This document shows positions 1-8,687 of a stretch of DNA of 64,000 nucleotides, piece after piece. Position 1 is the first letter of the stretch; the number at the start of each line of letters is the position of its first letter. Source of the DNA: Syntrophales bacterium (GTDB taxonomy: Bacteria > Desulfobacterota > Syntrophia > Syntrophales > UBA8958); assembly GCA_035358955.1 (NCBI GenBank), contig DAORXN010000003.1, forward strand, positions 845-64,844. Reading direction: 5' to 3'. The notes under the pieces were generated by a model, which made no database searches, was not told the DNA's origin, and saw nothing but the letters and a program-made list of their open reading frames with translations. A program made the position numbers and the translations under genes.

Positions 1-188
1 AAGACTTGGGTATCGATTCTCACCCCATGGACGGTTTCGACCACGAGGCGGTCAGGCAAGCCTTCAACATTCCGGCGAATTTCTTCGTCCCCGTTTTGAT
101 TGCCCTGGGTTATTTCGACCAAAAGTACACCCTCATGCCTCCCAAATGGCGCAAGTCGTGGGATGAAATTGTATGGGGCATTAGTTAG
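1..188 (+). CDS. nitroreductase family protein, C-terminal fragment (5' end outside window)
   Basis: The frame is open to the window edge. The tail ...LGIDSHPMDGFDHEAVRQAFNIPANFFVPVLIALGY... resembles nitroreductase-fold C-termini. Stop is TAG at 186-188. Confidence 0.55.
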   Translation, partial: DLGIDSHPMDGFDHEAVRQAFNIPANFFVPVLIALGYFDQKYTLMPPKWRKSWDEIVWGIS

Positions 189-1183
189 TGGTCGTCAAAG
201 GTCATCTGAGAAAAACTTTCTGGTTAATAGCTATCCTTCTCATCGTTTGCACTCTTGCCCTTTACCTTCCGGCTACGGACTTTGATTTTGTAAACTTTGA
301 CGACAACATTTACGTCTATGACAATCCACGCCTCCATTCAGGGCTTACGTCTGGTAACTTGGCCTGGGCTTTCGGAGCCTTGGCAGCTGGCTTCTGGCAA
401 CCCCTCACCTGGATAAGCCCTTTTGTCGATTACGAGATTTATGGGCTAAGAGCCGGCGGTTTTCACCTGACGAACGTCGTACTTCACGTTTTGGCGAGCG
501 TTTTCTTGTTTCTGGCCCTCGCTTGCATGACGAATAATTTGTGGAGAAGTGGTTTTGTGGCTGCCGTCTTTGCCCTTCACCCTCTTCATGTTGAGCCGGT
601 AGCCTGGATTTCTTCCCGTAAAGACGTATTGAGTGGTGTTTTCTTCTCTTTGACCCTTTTTCCCTATGTGATTTACATTCGGAGAAACCGATTGGGATCC
701 TTTTTACTTTGCCTTTTTGTTTTCCTTTTGGGGCTTATGTCCAAGCCCTCTTTGCTGGCGCTGCCCTTGCTTCTGCTCACCCTCGATTACTGGCCTTTAA
801 ACCGTTTCGAAAGGGGTCGTCTCTTTTTTATTGTGATGGAGAAGATTCCCTTTTTGATCCTCTCTCTTGGCGTAGCCATGCTCACTTTCCATGCCGAATT
901 CGAAGCAGGCGCACTGGCGGATTTGAAAACGCACCCTTTTTCGTCAAGACTTGTAACCACGATCGTTTCTTATGCCACATATCTCGTCAAAAGTTTCTTT
1001 CCCTTTTCCCTTACCGTTTACTATCCGTGGCATTACCCTGATGCCGTCTTTTTTGTCGGCTCTCTTGTCTTGCTTCTCTTCGTAACCTTGGCAGCCTTAC
1101 TTCTGCGTCAGAGATCGCCTTGGTTTCTTGTGGGTTGGTTGTGGTTCCTCATCATGGTTTTCCCAATGAGTGGCCTGGCGTAG
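188..1183 (+). CDS. GT-C membrane glycosyltransferase, TMTC/DUF1736-like, N-terminal membrane part; ends at in-frame TAG 1181-1183
   Basis: Polytopic membrane protein with an FVNFDDN acidic loop motif. It is collinear with the first ~330 aa of the paralog at 5689-7596. The frame continues into 1184-1843. Confidence 0.7.
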   Translation: MVVKGHLRKTFWLIAILLIVCTLALYLPATDFDFVNFDDNIYVYDNPRLHSGLTSGNLAWAFGALAAGFWQPLTWISPFVDYEIYGLRAGGFHLTNVVLHVLASVFLFLALACMTNNLWRSGFVAAVFALHPLHVEPVAWISSRKDVLSGVFFSLTLFPYVIYIRRNRLGSFLLCLFVFLLGLMSKPSLLALPLLLLTLDYWPLNRFERGRLFFIVMEKIPFLILSLGVAMLTFHAEFEAGALADLKTHPFSSRLVTTIVSYATYLVKSFFPFSLTVYYPWHYPDAVFFVGSLVLLLFVTLAALLLRQRSPWFLVGWLWFLIMVFPMSGLA

Positions 1184-1843
1184 GTGGGTGATCACATGGG
1201 GGCCGATCGCTATACCTATTTGGGGCAATCGGAGATTTTCTTGGCTGTGGCCTGGCTTGTGCCGCAGGTGATTAAGTTCGCCAAGATTTTGATGGCCCTT
1301 AGTTTGTCTTTTGTGGCTTTTCTTTTTGTAGTATCCTCTATCCAGCTCGTTTACGGGTCGGATAGCATTTCCCTCTTTACCCGCAACCTGAAAGTCGCGG
1401 GAGAGAACTATAAAGGCCACTACAATCTCGGCCTCGCCTTAAAGGACAAGGGGGACTTTGATCTGGCCGAGGTAAATCTGAAAAGGGCCGTTTACTTTGC
1501 GCCTCATAAAGCGGAGGCTTACAATAGTTTGGGATTGATCTACAGCCGGCGGAAGGAGCACGGCAAGGCTCTTTATTGGTACTTACAGGCCTACGAGCGT
1601 GATCCAAAAGATCCTGGGATCTTGAATAATGTGGGGGTCAGTTTCTATTACCTCGGTAAATACAAAGAAGCCGGCGAATTTCTGAAAAAGGCCCTCGTGA
1701 TTGAGCCAAACTACGCAAACGCCCATTATTACCTGGGCCTTGCCCTGAAAAGGATGGGGGAGATGGTAGAGGGAGAAAGGCACATCCAGGAGGCTCAAAG
1801 GATAAACCCTGTCTTTAAGAAACTTCCTCTGGCTGCTCAATGA
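1184..1843 (+). CDS. TPR-repeat C-terminal part of the same TMTC-like protein (same frame as 188-1183)
   Basis: Begins VGDHMGADRYTY, which aligns to QVGPHAMADRYSY in the middle of the paralog. It has a TM segment and then about 4 TPR repeats (AYNSLGLIY..., ANAHYYLGLAL...). Confidence 0.65.
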   Translation: MGDHMGADRYTYLGQSEIFLAVAWLVPQVIKFAKILMALSLSFVAFLFVVSSIQLVYGSDSISLFTRNLKVAGENYKGHYNLGLALKDKGDFDLAEVNLKRAVYFAPHKAEAYNSLGLIYSRRKEHGKALYWYLQAYERDPKDPGILNNVGVSFYYLGKYKEAGEFLKKALVIEPNYANAHYYLGLALKRMGEMVEGERHIQEAQRINPVFKKLPLAAQ

Positions 1844-4146
1844 TAATGATTCGGACGGTAAACAAATATCTTTCTGCGTTGGGCGTCGTTTTCGTGGTAG
1901 TCCTCATGTTCGCTTTCGCGTTGTTGAATCACGGCGGGATGGTCCTTTCTTCTGCGGCGACGGACACGGCGAGTCAGTTTATCTATTTTCGTGATTTTGC
2001 CTTTGGAGAATTGAAGAAGGGGAATCTTCCCCTCTGGAACCCTTATCTTTTTTCCGGCGCCCCATTTTTGGGGGGGCTTCAGTCCGCCCTCCTTTACCCT
2101 CTTAATCTTATCTTTCTCTTCCTTCCCGTAGCTCAGGCTATCAATGTCAGTATCGTTATCCATGTCGCGCTCCTTGGTTTGTTCATGTATGGGTGGGCGC
2201 GAGGATGGGGATTGGGAGAGCTGCCGTCGTTTCTTTCGGCGATGCTCATCATGTTTTCCGGGGCTCATTTCCCCCATATCTATGCGGGTCACCTGCCCAA
2301 TCTTTGCACCATGACGTGGGTGCCGCTCGTCTTTATGTGCTGGGATAGGTTAATGGATAAGCCTCAGCCGAAGTGGGTCCTCATAGGGATTGCCGCTTTA
2401 TCCATGCTAATTCTTGCCGGTCACCCCCAATACGTCTATTACACGGCGATGGTTTCGGTCCTTTATGTCCTCGTGAAAATCATTTTTTCTCATAAAGAAT
2501 CGCGGCCGGTGCTTTCTCTAACTTCAATTTTAGTCGTCTCTTTAGGGGCCGCTTTGATCTGTGCGGTACAGATCTGGGCGGGGGTAGAGGCGGCCCGGGA
2601 AAGTGTCCGGGCAAAAGGGGTGCCCTATGCGTTTGCGGCCATGTTTTCCCTTCCGCCGGAAAACCTCCTCACCTTTTTGGTGCCCAACATTTTCGGCGAC
2701 CTCCTCTTTCATCCTTACTGGGGCAGGACCTATTACTGGGAAGCCAACCTATTTTTGGGTATCGGCGGGCTTACGCTGGCTCTTTATGCCTTCTTTAAGG
2801 GGGGCAAAAAAGCATTTCAGGTGGGAATTACCGCGTTGATATGCCTCATTTTGTCTCTCGGTTGCCATACCTTCCTCTTCGATCTTTTCTATTGTTATTT
2901 GCCCGGTTTCGGTCAGTTTCGGGGAACGGCCAAGTTTATTTTCTTTGTCGATCTGTTTCTCTCGCTTCTTGCCGGAGCGGGATTACAAACTCTTTTACAT
3001 GAGAAAGAAGGCCAGGCGGAGAGGGGTGTCGTTCTTTCTCTGTTAGGGTGTTCGCTTATGGCGGCATTGGCCGCGGGGGTTTTTTATGCCATGGCCGGAG
3101 GGCGGGTGCCTACTTACCTGTGGGAAGAATTCCTTCACTTCATTGCGAGAAGTGGGGAATCTTATCTCCCCCGGGAACTTTATTTTCAGGTGGCATGGGC
3201 GAAATACACGGCTGCCCTTGTGGCCTTCCAGTTACTCATGGGGGCGATAACCTTTCTCCTTACGGCCGGCGCCTGGTGGATTTTTTTGCGACGAAGGGGG
3301 CCTTTCATCTATTGGCTCGTTTTCCTCGCCGCCTTAGAAGTGATGGTCGTGGCGGGTATGACCATAACGTCTTTCGACGTAAAACAAAGCCTGCCCGAGG
3401 GGTTGGTCAAATTCCTGGCCGGGGTTAATAAGTCAGAGCGGGTGTTGAATCTGTGGCGGCCGAACATGGCCTTGTCGACGAGGGTGGGGGACATCTGGGG
3501 GTACGATCCCGGGGTGCCTAAAAGGTACGCCGAATTCATGAACTTCACCCAGGGGGGAGATGCCCGCGAATCAACCCAGTATGTAAACTTCCAGCGCTAT
3601 CATCCCTTGTGGAAGCTTACGCGCCTCAAATACATAATTTTGCCCACAAAAGAGGGGTTTACGGTGCACGAAATAAACGATTCCCTGCCCCATGTTTTGC
3701 TCGTCTATGAGGGGCGGTATGTAAAAGGTAAAGAAGCCGTGTTGGAAGAAATGGGAAAGCCCTCCTTCGATCCGCGAAGGGTGGTGATTCTTGAGGATAA
3801 ATGGCCCGTTTCTTCAGCATCCTGTTCTACTCCTGGGATGGCAAAGATCAAGGTAATTGATACGGACACGATGGAGATCGAAGCGGAGACTTATTGCCCT
3901 ACCTTTTTGCTTATCACGGATAGTTTCTCGACGGGCTGGCGGGCAAGGTCTCTGATTGCTAAAAATGTGGCCTATCCTATCCTTCGGGCCGACTATACCT
4001 TTATGGCCATTCCCGTAAGTGTGGGCCGGCATCACATCCGCCTCGAATACTTGCCCCGGGGTTATATGGTGGGGAGGTGGATTTCTTTCCTTGCGCTGGC
4101 CTTATATGCGTTATCTGTTGGCCTCTTTACGTGGAGAAAGATTTAG
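1840..4146 (+). CDS. YfhO-family polytopic membrane protein (putative GT-C glycosyltransferase)
   Basis: 768 aa with many TM helices. The N-terminal FRDFAFGELKKGNLPLWNPYLFSGAPFLGGLQSALLYPLN is a YfhO-like signature. The ATG overlaps the upstream TGA (ATGA). Confidence 0.6.
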   Translation: MIMIRTVNKYLSALGVVFVVVLMFAFALLNHGGMVLSSAATDTASQFIYFRDFAFGELKKGNLPLWNPYLFSGAPFLGGLQSALLYPLNLIFLFLPVAQAINVSIVIHVALLGLFMYGWARGWGLGELPSFLSAMLIMFSGAHFPHIYAGHLPNLCTMTWVPLVFMCWDRLMDKPQPKWVLIGIAALSMLILAGHPQYVYYTAMVSVLYVLVKIIFSHKESRPVLSLTSILVVSLGAALICAVQIWAGVEAARESVRAKGVPYAFAAMFSLPPENLLTFLVPNIFGDLLFHPYWGRTYYWEANLFLGIGGLTLALYAFFKGGKKAFQVGITALICLILSLGCHTFLFDLFYCYLPGFGQFRGTAKFIFFVDLFLSLLAGAGLQTLLHEKEGQAERGVVLSLLGCSLMAALAAGVFYAMAGGRVPTYLWEEFLHFIARSGESYLPRELYFQVAWAKYTAALVAFQLLMGAITFLLTAGAWWIFLRRRGPFIYWLVFLAALEVMVVAGMTITSFDVKQSLPEGLVKFLAGVNKSERVLNLWRPNMALSTRVGDIWGYDPGVPKRYAEFMNFTQGGDARESTQYVNFQRYHPLWKLTRLKYIILPTKEGFTVHEINDSLPHVLLVYEGRYVKGKEAVLEEMGKPSFDPRRVVILEDKWPVSSASCSTPGMAKIKVIDTDTMEIEAETYCPTFLLITDSFSTGWRARSLIAKNVAYPILRADYTFMAIPVSVGRHHIRLEYLPRGYMVGRWISFLALALYALSVGLFTWRKI

Positions 4147-4171
4147 CACTGTGGACGAAGCAAAAAAGAAA

Positions 4172-5722
4172 ATGATGGTTGGTATAGTTACCTTGCTGCT
4201 CTCGCTGTTTTTTCTCTTTTACGGGCTTAACCACTATGCCCTATGGGACGATGAGGCGCTAACCGCTCTTGCCGCAAGGGGCATCATTAAGACGGGTGAC
4301 ACCACGGCTTTTCTCGATCACAATATCGTTGCCTACCGTAACGGGTCACTGCTCTACCAAGGTCATGATCGCTCGACCCCGCCTCTTTCTGCCTATATGT
4401 TGGCCCCCATCCTGTACTTGGGGGGTAGCCAAGCGTGGGTATGTCGCCTGCCGTTTGCCCTGCTGGGTTTTTTTACCATCTTTTTCATGTTTTATTGGTT
4501 GTGGGAGGTCAAGGTCGATCTTTGTGTATGGATAATGTTAGCTATTGCCATTCTCGGGAATGTTTCTCTATTTTTATACTTTCGTCAATGCCGCTATTAC
4601 AGCCCGGCTATATTTCTTTCCGTGCTTTCCGCTTACTTTTACCTTAATCTCAAAAAGAGGAGTGACTATCAGTGGTTTTTATTTCTCAGTATCACTTTGC
4701 TCTTTCTTGCCAGTAGCTTGAATTATGCGGCATTTATGATCGTACTTTTCGTAGATTTTTTCTTCTGGGGGAGAAAAGATGGTTGGTCGTTAAAAAAAAT
4801 CTTTCTCCCTTTAGCCTTGCATGGGATTCTTTTGCTGTTCTTCCTTGCCATTTTCAATCCTCTGAAAACGCCCAATGCAAGTTATTTTCTTTCCAACACC
4901 ATTGCCGATAAATGGAGATTACTATGGCTAAGTATTAGGGATATGAACCGAGGCGAATTTTTTCCCGCCTTGATTCTTCTTGGGTTTACGTGGTCGGTCG
5001 TATTCAGAAAAGACAGGTGGATTTTGCGGGGTGGGGTTGCTTTTCTTGTTTATATCGTCGGAATTGCATTCTTATCTCCTCAAAATGGAAAAACGGCAAG
5101 CTTTGCCGATATTAGGTACTTTGCCCCGGTTATTCCCCTCGCCCTGGTGCTTACGGTGTTTATCCTGTATCATTTGTTGCAAAGGCGGCGTTTATTGGCC
5201 GTTGCGTTTGCCTTCCTTGTGTTCTGGTCGAATGTATTCAACGAATTAGGCTTGGGGTATGCGGGTTTGCGTTCGACGATACTGGCTTATGTGGCGGAAC
5301 TTACATGCCCCCCTCCCGAGCCATATGCGCCGACGGTGAAGTGGATTGAAAGCAATGTTAGGCCAAAGGAGAGCGTGCTCGTCTTGCCCCCATTCAAAAC
5401 TTATCCGCTAATGTTCCATGCCCCCCAGGCCATTTATGCCTGGCAGTTCCGCGATCCCCCACCGAGAGATTTTGCCCACGTTGATCCTATTCATATCCAG
5501 GGCCGCATAAAACCCGACTACATCATAGCCTTTGGCCCCATCATCTTAGAACTGGCGAAATCTCCTTTGGCGCAGGACTATCATTTGGTCGAGGTTTTGC
5601 CCTATTACTGGCAGGACCTGTATCGGCCGGAGCTATTCTGGCGCACTTTTCGCCCCGTTCAATACGATAAACATGCCTGGCAGGAAATTTACATCTTAAA
5701 GCGCAAGCCGCCTATCCGGTAA
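4172..5722 (+). CDS. GT39/ArnT-like (PMT_2-type) membrane glycosyltransferase
   Basis: Start chosen at ATG 4172 (MMVGIVTLLL...). It has an LWDDEALTALAARG loop motif, about 11 TM helices and a soluble C-terminal domain. The upstream part of the ORF overlaps yfhO and is unlikely to be coding. Confidence 0.55.
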   Translation: MMVGIVTLLLSLFFLFYGLNHYALWDDEALTALAARGIIKTGDTTAFLDHNIVAYRNGSLLYQGHDRSTPPLSAYMLAPILYLGGSQAWVCRLPFALLGFFTIFFMFYWLWEVKVDLCVWIMLAIAILGNVSLFLYFRQCRYYSPAIFLSVLSAYFYLNLKKRSDYQWFLFLSITLLFLASSLNYAAFMIVLFVDFFFWGRKDGWSLKKIFLPLALHGILLLFFLAIFNPLKTPNASYFLSNTIADKWRLLWLSIRDMNRGEFFPALILLGFTWSVVFRKDRWILRGGVAFLVYIVGIAFLSPQNGKTASFADIRYFAPVIPLALVLTVFILYHLLQRRRLLAVAFAFLVFWSNVFNELGLGYAGLRSTILAYVAELTCPPPEPYAPTVKWIESNVRPKESVLVLPPFKTYPLMFHAPQAIYAWQFRDPPPRDFAHVDPIHIQGRIKPDYIIAFGPIILELAKSPLAQDYHLVEVLPYYWQDLYRPELFWRTFRPVQYDKHAWQEIYILKRKPPIR

Positions 5723-7596
5723 TGGGTATGGTCTTGTTTCCCCATGGGCTTTTTGGGGGCCGTTACGGGGGAAGAGGGCTCTGATAGCTTCAGGTAGTGT
5801 TCTGCCCGGGGTAGGTCGCCGCAGGCCCGGTAAGCCAAGCTGAGCATCCGGTAAAGCTCGTAATCGACCGCCTCTTTCTTTACCCCCTCTTCTCCCACGC
5901 CTATGGCCGCCTTGCAATTCCGATGGGTAAGGTAAATGTATAAGAGGCGTTTTCTCGCGTAAACGTCTCCCGGCGAGAGTGTTAACACCTCTTTCCACTC
6001 TTTTTCTGCTTCCACAGTTTTTCCCGTTACTTCCAGGGCAAAGGCGAGGGCGCTACGGCCGACCACACTGTCTTTCTCTTGCTCAAGTATTTTTCGGTAA
6101 GTTTCGAGGGCGTCAAGCCAGTTGCCCAGTTTCTCATACGCGAAACCGATTTGAAGAAGGGTTGATTCAGGTTTGAATCCCATCTTCAGGGCATTTTTTA
6201 GGTGGGGAAGGGCTTTTTTATGTTCCCCCTTGGCGTTTAAGGCATAGCCCATATTGTAGTGGATAATGCTATATTGAGGCTTGAGTTTTAGGGCTTTTTC
6301 GAGGCATTCGATACCCTCATCGTATCTTCCCTCGGAAGTATGAAACACGCCTAAGTTGGTATAGGCAATCCAGTTATTCGTCGTGACTTGGAGGGCCCTT
6401 TCCATGAGGGTTTTTGTATTTCGCCAGTAGCCCGTCTGCACCCAGGCAGCCCAAGAAAGGGCAAGGAGGGCGGCGAGCCAAACCGTGCCAAAAATGCACT
6501 TCCTCAAGGGTGTTGGGGTGAGCTCTGCCGTACCCCAGACGGCCATGATGAAAAGGCCGTTTATGGTCACGTACGAGTATCTATCGGCCATGGCATGCGG
6601 CCCCACCTGAATGAGGCCGCAGACGGGAAGCAGGGTAACGAGATACCAAAACCATCCTGCGGCAAGATAAGGGGACTTTTTAACGAACAGTATAACAAAA
6701 GCCGTAATAGCAAGGAGAAAAAGAAGGGCAGAAATCACTTTCCATAAGGGGATGGATTCTGGATAGGGATAGAAAAAGGCAAGCCCCTTGGGATAGAAGG
6801 TTAGAAAGACATATTTGGCGTAGGATACGATAGCATTTGAAATCCTGAGGCCCAAGCCGAGATCGGCCATTGAGGATAGGGCACCAACTTTTCTTTCCGT
6901 ATAGATAACGAGGAGGGAGGCAAAAAAAGCGAAAGATAAAAAGGGGATTTTCTCTCCTATGAGGCGCTTGAGCGAAGTTGTGGAAAAGCGCCCAAAAGGC
7001 CAGAAGTCAAGGATGAACATGAGCACGGGAAAGGTAACCACCATAGGTTTGGACATTAGGGCGAGGAGGAAGAGGGTGAGTACCAGAAGATAGGTGGCTA
7101 AACGGGGTTTCTGGGCGTAATAAGCGTAGGCAAGCAGAGAGGCAAAACCGAAGAGGGTGGAAAGTAAATCTTTTCTCTGCGATACCCAGGCGACCGATTC
7201 CACGTGGAGGGGATGGACGGCAAAGAGGAGGGCGCAGAGAAAGCTCAAGGTCTCTCGTTTGGTCGCTTTGTAAAGAAATAGAAAAAAGAGGAGGCTGGAA
7301 ATGATGTGGAGGATGACGTTGGTCCAGTGATATCCACCCGTGTTCAATCGGAATAGTTCGCTATCCACCATGAGAGAGAGCCACGTAAGGGGGTGCCAGA
7401 AGCCCGCTTCCGTGGCGCGAAAGGCCCATTTTACCCCTTCCCACGTAAGGCCCGCCAGGACAAGAGGCCTTTCTGTGATGTAACTATTGTCGTCGTAAAA
7501 GACGAATTTAAACCCCTGGACTTGCCAGTAGATGAGGAGAATGAAAAAGGCAATTGTGAGACACGCAAGGAGGGTTTTTTTACCACGTAGTTTCAT
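5689..7596 (-). CDS. TMTC/DUF1736-like GT-C glycosyltransferase with C-terminal TPR domain (intact paralog of 188-1843)
   Basis: 635 aa with an FVFYDDN loop motif, about 11 TM helices and then about 6 TPR repeats. It lies immediately downstream of pilA on the same strand. Confidence 0.7.
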   Translation of the reverse strand: MKLRGKKTLLACLTIAFFILLIYWQVQGFKFVFYDDNSYITERPLVLAGLTWEGVKWAFRATEAGFWHPLTWLSLMVDSELFRLNTGGYHWTNVILHIISSLLFFLFLYKATKRETLSFLCALLFAVHPLHVESVAWVSQRKDLLSTLFGFASLLAYAYYAQKPRLATYLLVLTLFLLALMSKPMVVTFPVLMFILDFWPFGRFSTTSLKRLIGEKIPFLSFAFFASLLVIYTERKVGALSSMADLGLGLRISNAIVSYAKYVFLTFYPKGLAFFYPYPESIPLWKVISALLFLLAITAFVILFVKKSPYLAAGWFWYLVTLLPVCGLIQVGPHAMADRYSYVTINGLFIMAVWGTAELTPTPLRKCIFGTVWLAALLALSWAAWVQTGYWRNTKTLMERALQVTTNNWIAYTNLGVFHTSEGRYDEGIECLEKALKLKPQYSIIHYNMGYALNAKGEHKKALPHLKNALKMGFKPESTLLQIGFAYEKLGNWLDALETYRKILEQEKDSVVGRSALAFALEVTGKTVEAEKEWKEVLTLSPGDVYARKRLLYIYLTHRNCKAAIGVGEEGVKKEAVDYELYRMLSLAYRACGDLPRAEHYLKLSEPSSPVTAPKKPMGKQDHTHYRIGGLRFKM

Positions 7597-7607
7597 GCAG
7601 GAAAGCT

Positions 7608-7638
7608 AAAAAAAGGGGTGAAGGCCTTTCACCCCTTT
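7608..7638 (-). terminator. rho-independent terminator/attenuator after pilA
   Basis: Minus-strand RNA reads GGGGUGAAAGG-CCUUCACCCC (about 10 bp stem, one bulge) followed by UUUUUUU. It ends 12 nt before the start of the downstream GT-C gene. Confidence 0.6.
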
Positions 7639-7660
7639 GAAAGAAAAGTTTGCAAATTCT

Positions 7661-8029
7661 TTATGGTGTTATAGCCCCGGTGCTATCAACGGTAAATTGA
7701 CGACCACCACTTGCATGCGAAGCCGTGATTGAGAGGTTCGACTGAGCTCCATTTACAATCGAGGTAACCACATTGGTTGTCGTTTTGAAGCCATAGCTCT
7801 GAAGGATGTCCAAAGTGACGGTCCCGCTGGGATTATCCGAGAAATAGGCTTGGGCTGCGGTATAGGCGTTCTTCACATCTGCCCGGGCCGCCGTTTCGTA
7901 ACCCCTCGTCCGGTATGCCGTAAACTGAGGGATGGCGATTGCCGCCAAAATGCCGATGATGGCAATCACGATCATGAGCTCGATTAAGGTAAAACCCTTT
8001 TCTCCGCGTTTTTTCCTCCACCTCATCAT
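7661..8029 (-). CDS. pilA: type IV pilin (prepilin with class III signal)
   Basis: [36 protein letters not shown] is a canonical G/FTLIE prepilin cleavage motif. A GGAG Shine-Dalgarno lies upstream of ATG 8029. Confidence 0.88.
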   Translation of the reverse strand: MMRWRKKRGEKGFTLIELMIVIAIIGILAAIAIPQFTAYRTRGYETAARADVKNAYTAAQAYFSDNPSGTVTLDILQSYGFKTTTNVVTSIVNGAQSNLSITASHASGGRQFTVDSTGAITP

Positions 8030-8063
8030 ATTATTTCTCCTTTCTTTTTGGTATTGTGGTTTT

Positions 8064-8092
8064 CTTATATAGCCCCGAAACATCGATGTCAA
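8064..8092 (-). promoter_or_regulatory. candidate sigma70 promoter of pilA
   Basis: Minus strand reads TTGACA (8092-8087), a 17-nt spacer, then TATAAG (8069-8064), about 35 nt upstream of the pilA ATG. Confidence 0.5.
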
Positions 8093-8333
8093 ATAATTAA
8101 TGCCTTGCCTTGCTCTCACCTCCCCGTCCGATTAAATTTTTTTCTCTTTTTGGATATTCACAATTCATGCCAAAAGAATGAGTAAGCCAAATGGGGGCCG
8201 CGGCGTGTTATTTCATTTCTGGGCCCTTATTATTTCGGGAAATTTCACCAGCCGACAGCCTTTTTCACCCGAAACTTTCCTTGATTATGCCTAAGTAGTT
8301 TGATAGAAAAAGGAAAACGGGCTGAGGCATGAC

Positions 8334-8687
8334 ATGTTCGAAGTTTCGGTGGTGGAAGAATTCTCGGCAAGGCACGCCCTTCAAGGGGAGGACCCTCACG
8401 GGCATAATTTCCGCGTCGAGATAACCGTGGGGGGCAGTCACTTACGAGCAGGCCATATCTTGGTGGATTTTCGGGATTTACGCGCCCGGCTCCGGGCCGT
8501 GCTTCGTTTTATTGATGGCCGAAATCTCCTCGAACTACCCCTTTGGGGGGAGGGGGTTCCTTCCACGGAGGCTATTGCGCGTTACCTTTTCCGGGAATTG
8601 GCGGGGGCCCTGGGGGCCGGAGGAATCAAGCTTTTACGCGTCACCGTTTGGGAGGACGAAAACGCGAGGGTAACGTACTATGAGTAA
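8334..8687 (+). CDS. 6-pyruvoyl-tetrahydropterin synthase family protein (QueD/PTPS-III-like, lacks any Cys)
   Basis: 117 aa with ...HGHNFRVEI... and ...ILVDFRDL... PTPS motifs. It contains no Cys, so the QueD CxxxHGH motif is absent. Confidence 0.75.
   Translation: MFEVSVVEEFSARHALQGEDPHGHNFRVEITVGGSHLRAGHILVDFRDLRARLRAVLRFIDGRNLLELPLWGEGVPSTEAIARYLFRELAGALGAGGIKLLRVTVWEDENARVTYYE

Noticed and set aside
8151-8172. A sigma54-type promoter for pilA (minus strand TGGCATGAATTGTGAA).
   Set aside because: The -24 half is good, but the -12 element reads GTGA instead of TTGC, so the conserved GC is missing. A near-consensus sigma70 promoter lies closer to the gene.
8173-8333. A preQ1 or other riboswitch upstream of the QueD-like gene. 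This includes the inverted repeat TTTCGGG...CCCGAAA at 8233-8274.
   Set aside because: I could not find the compact preQ1-I hairpin with an A-rich tail or any other motif I recognise. The repeat encloses a 28-nt loop and has no terminator or Shine-Dalgarno-sequestering logic.
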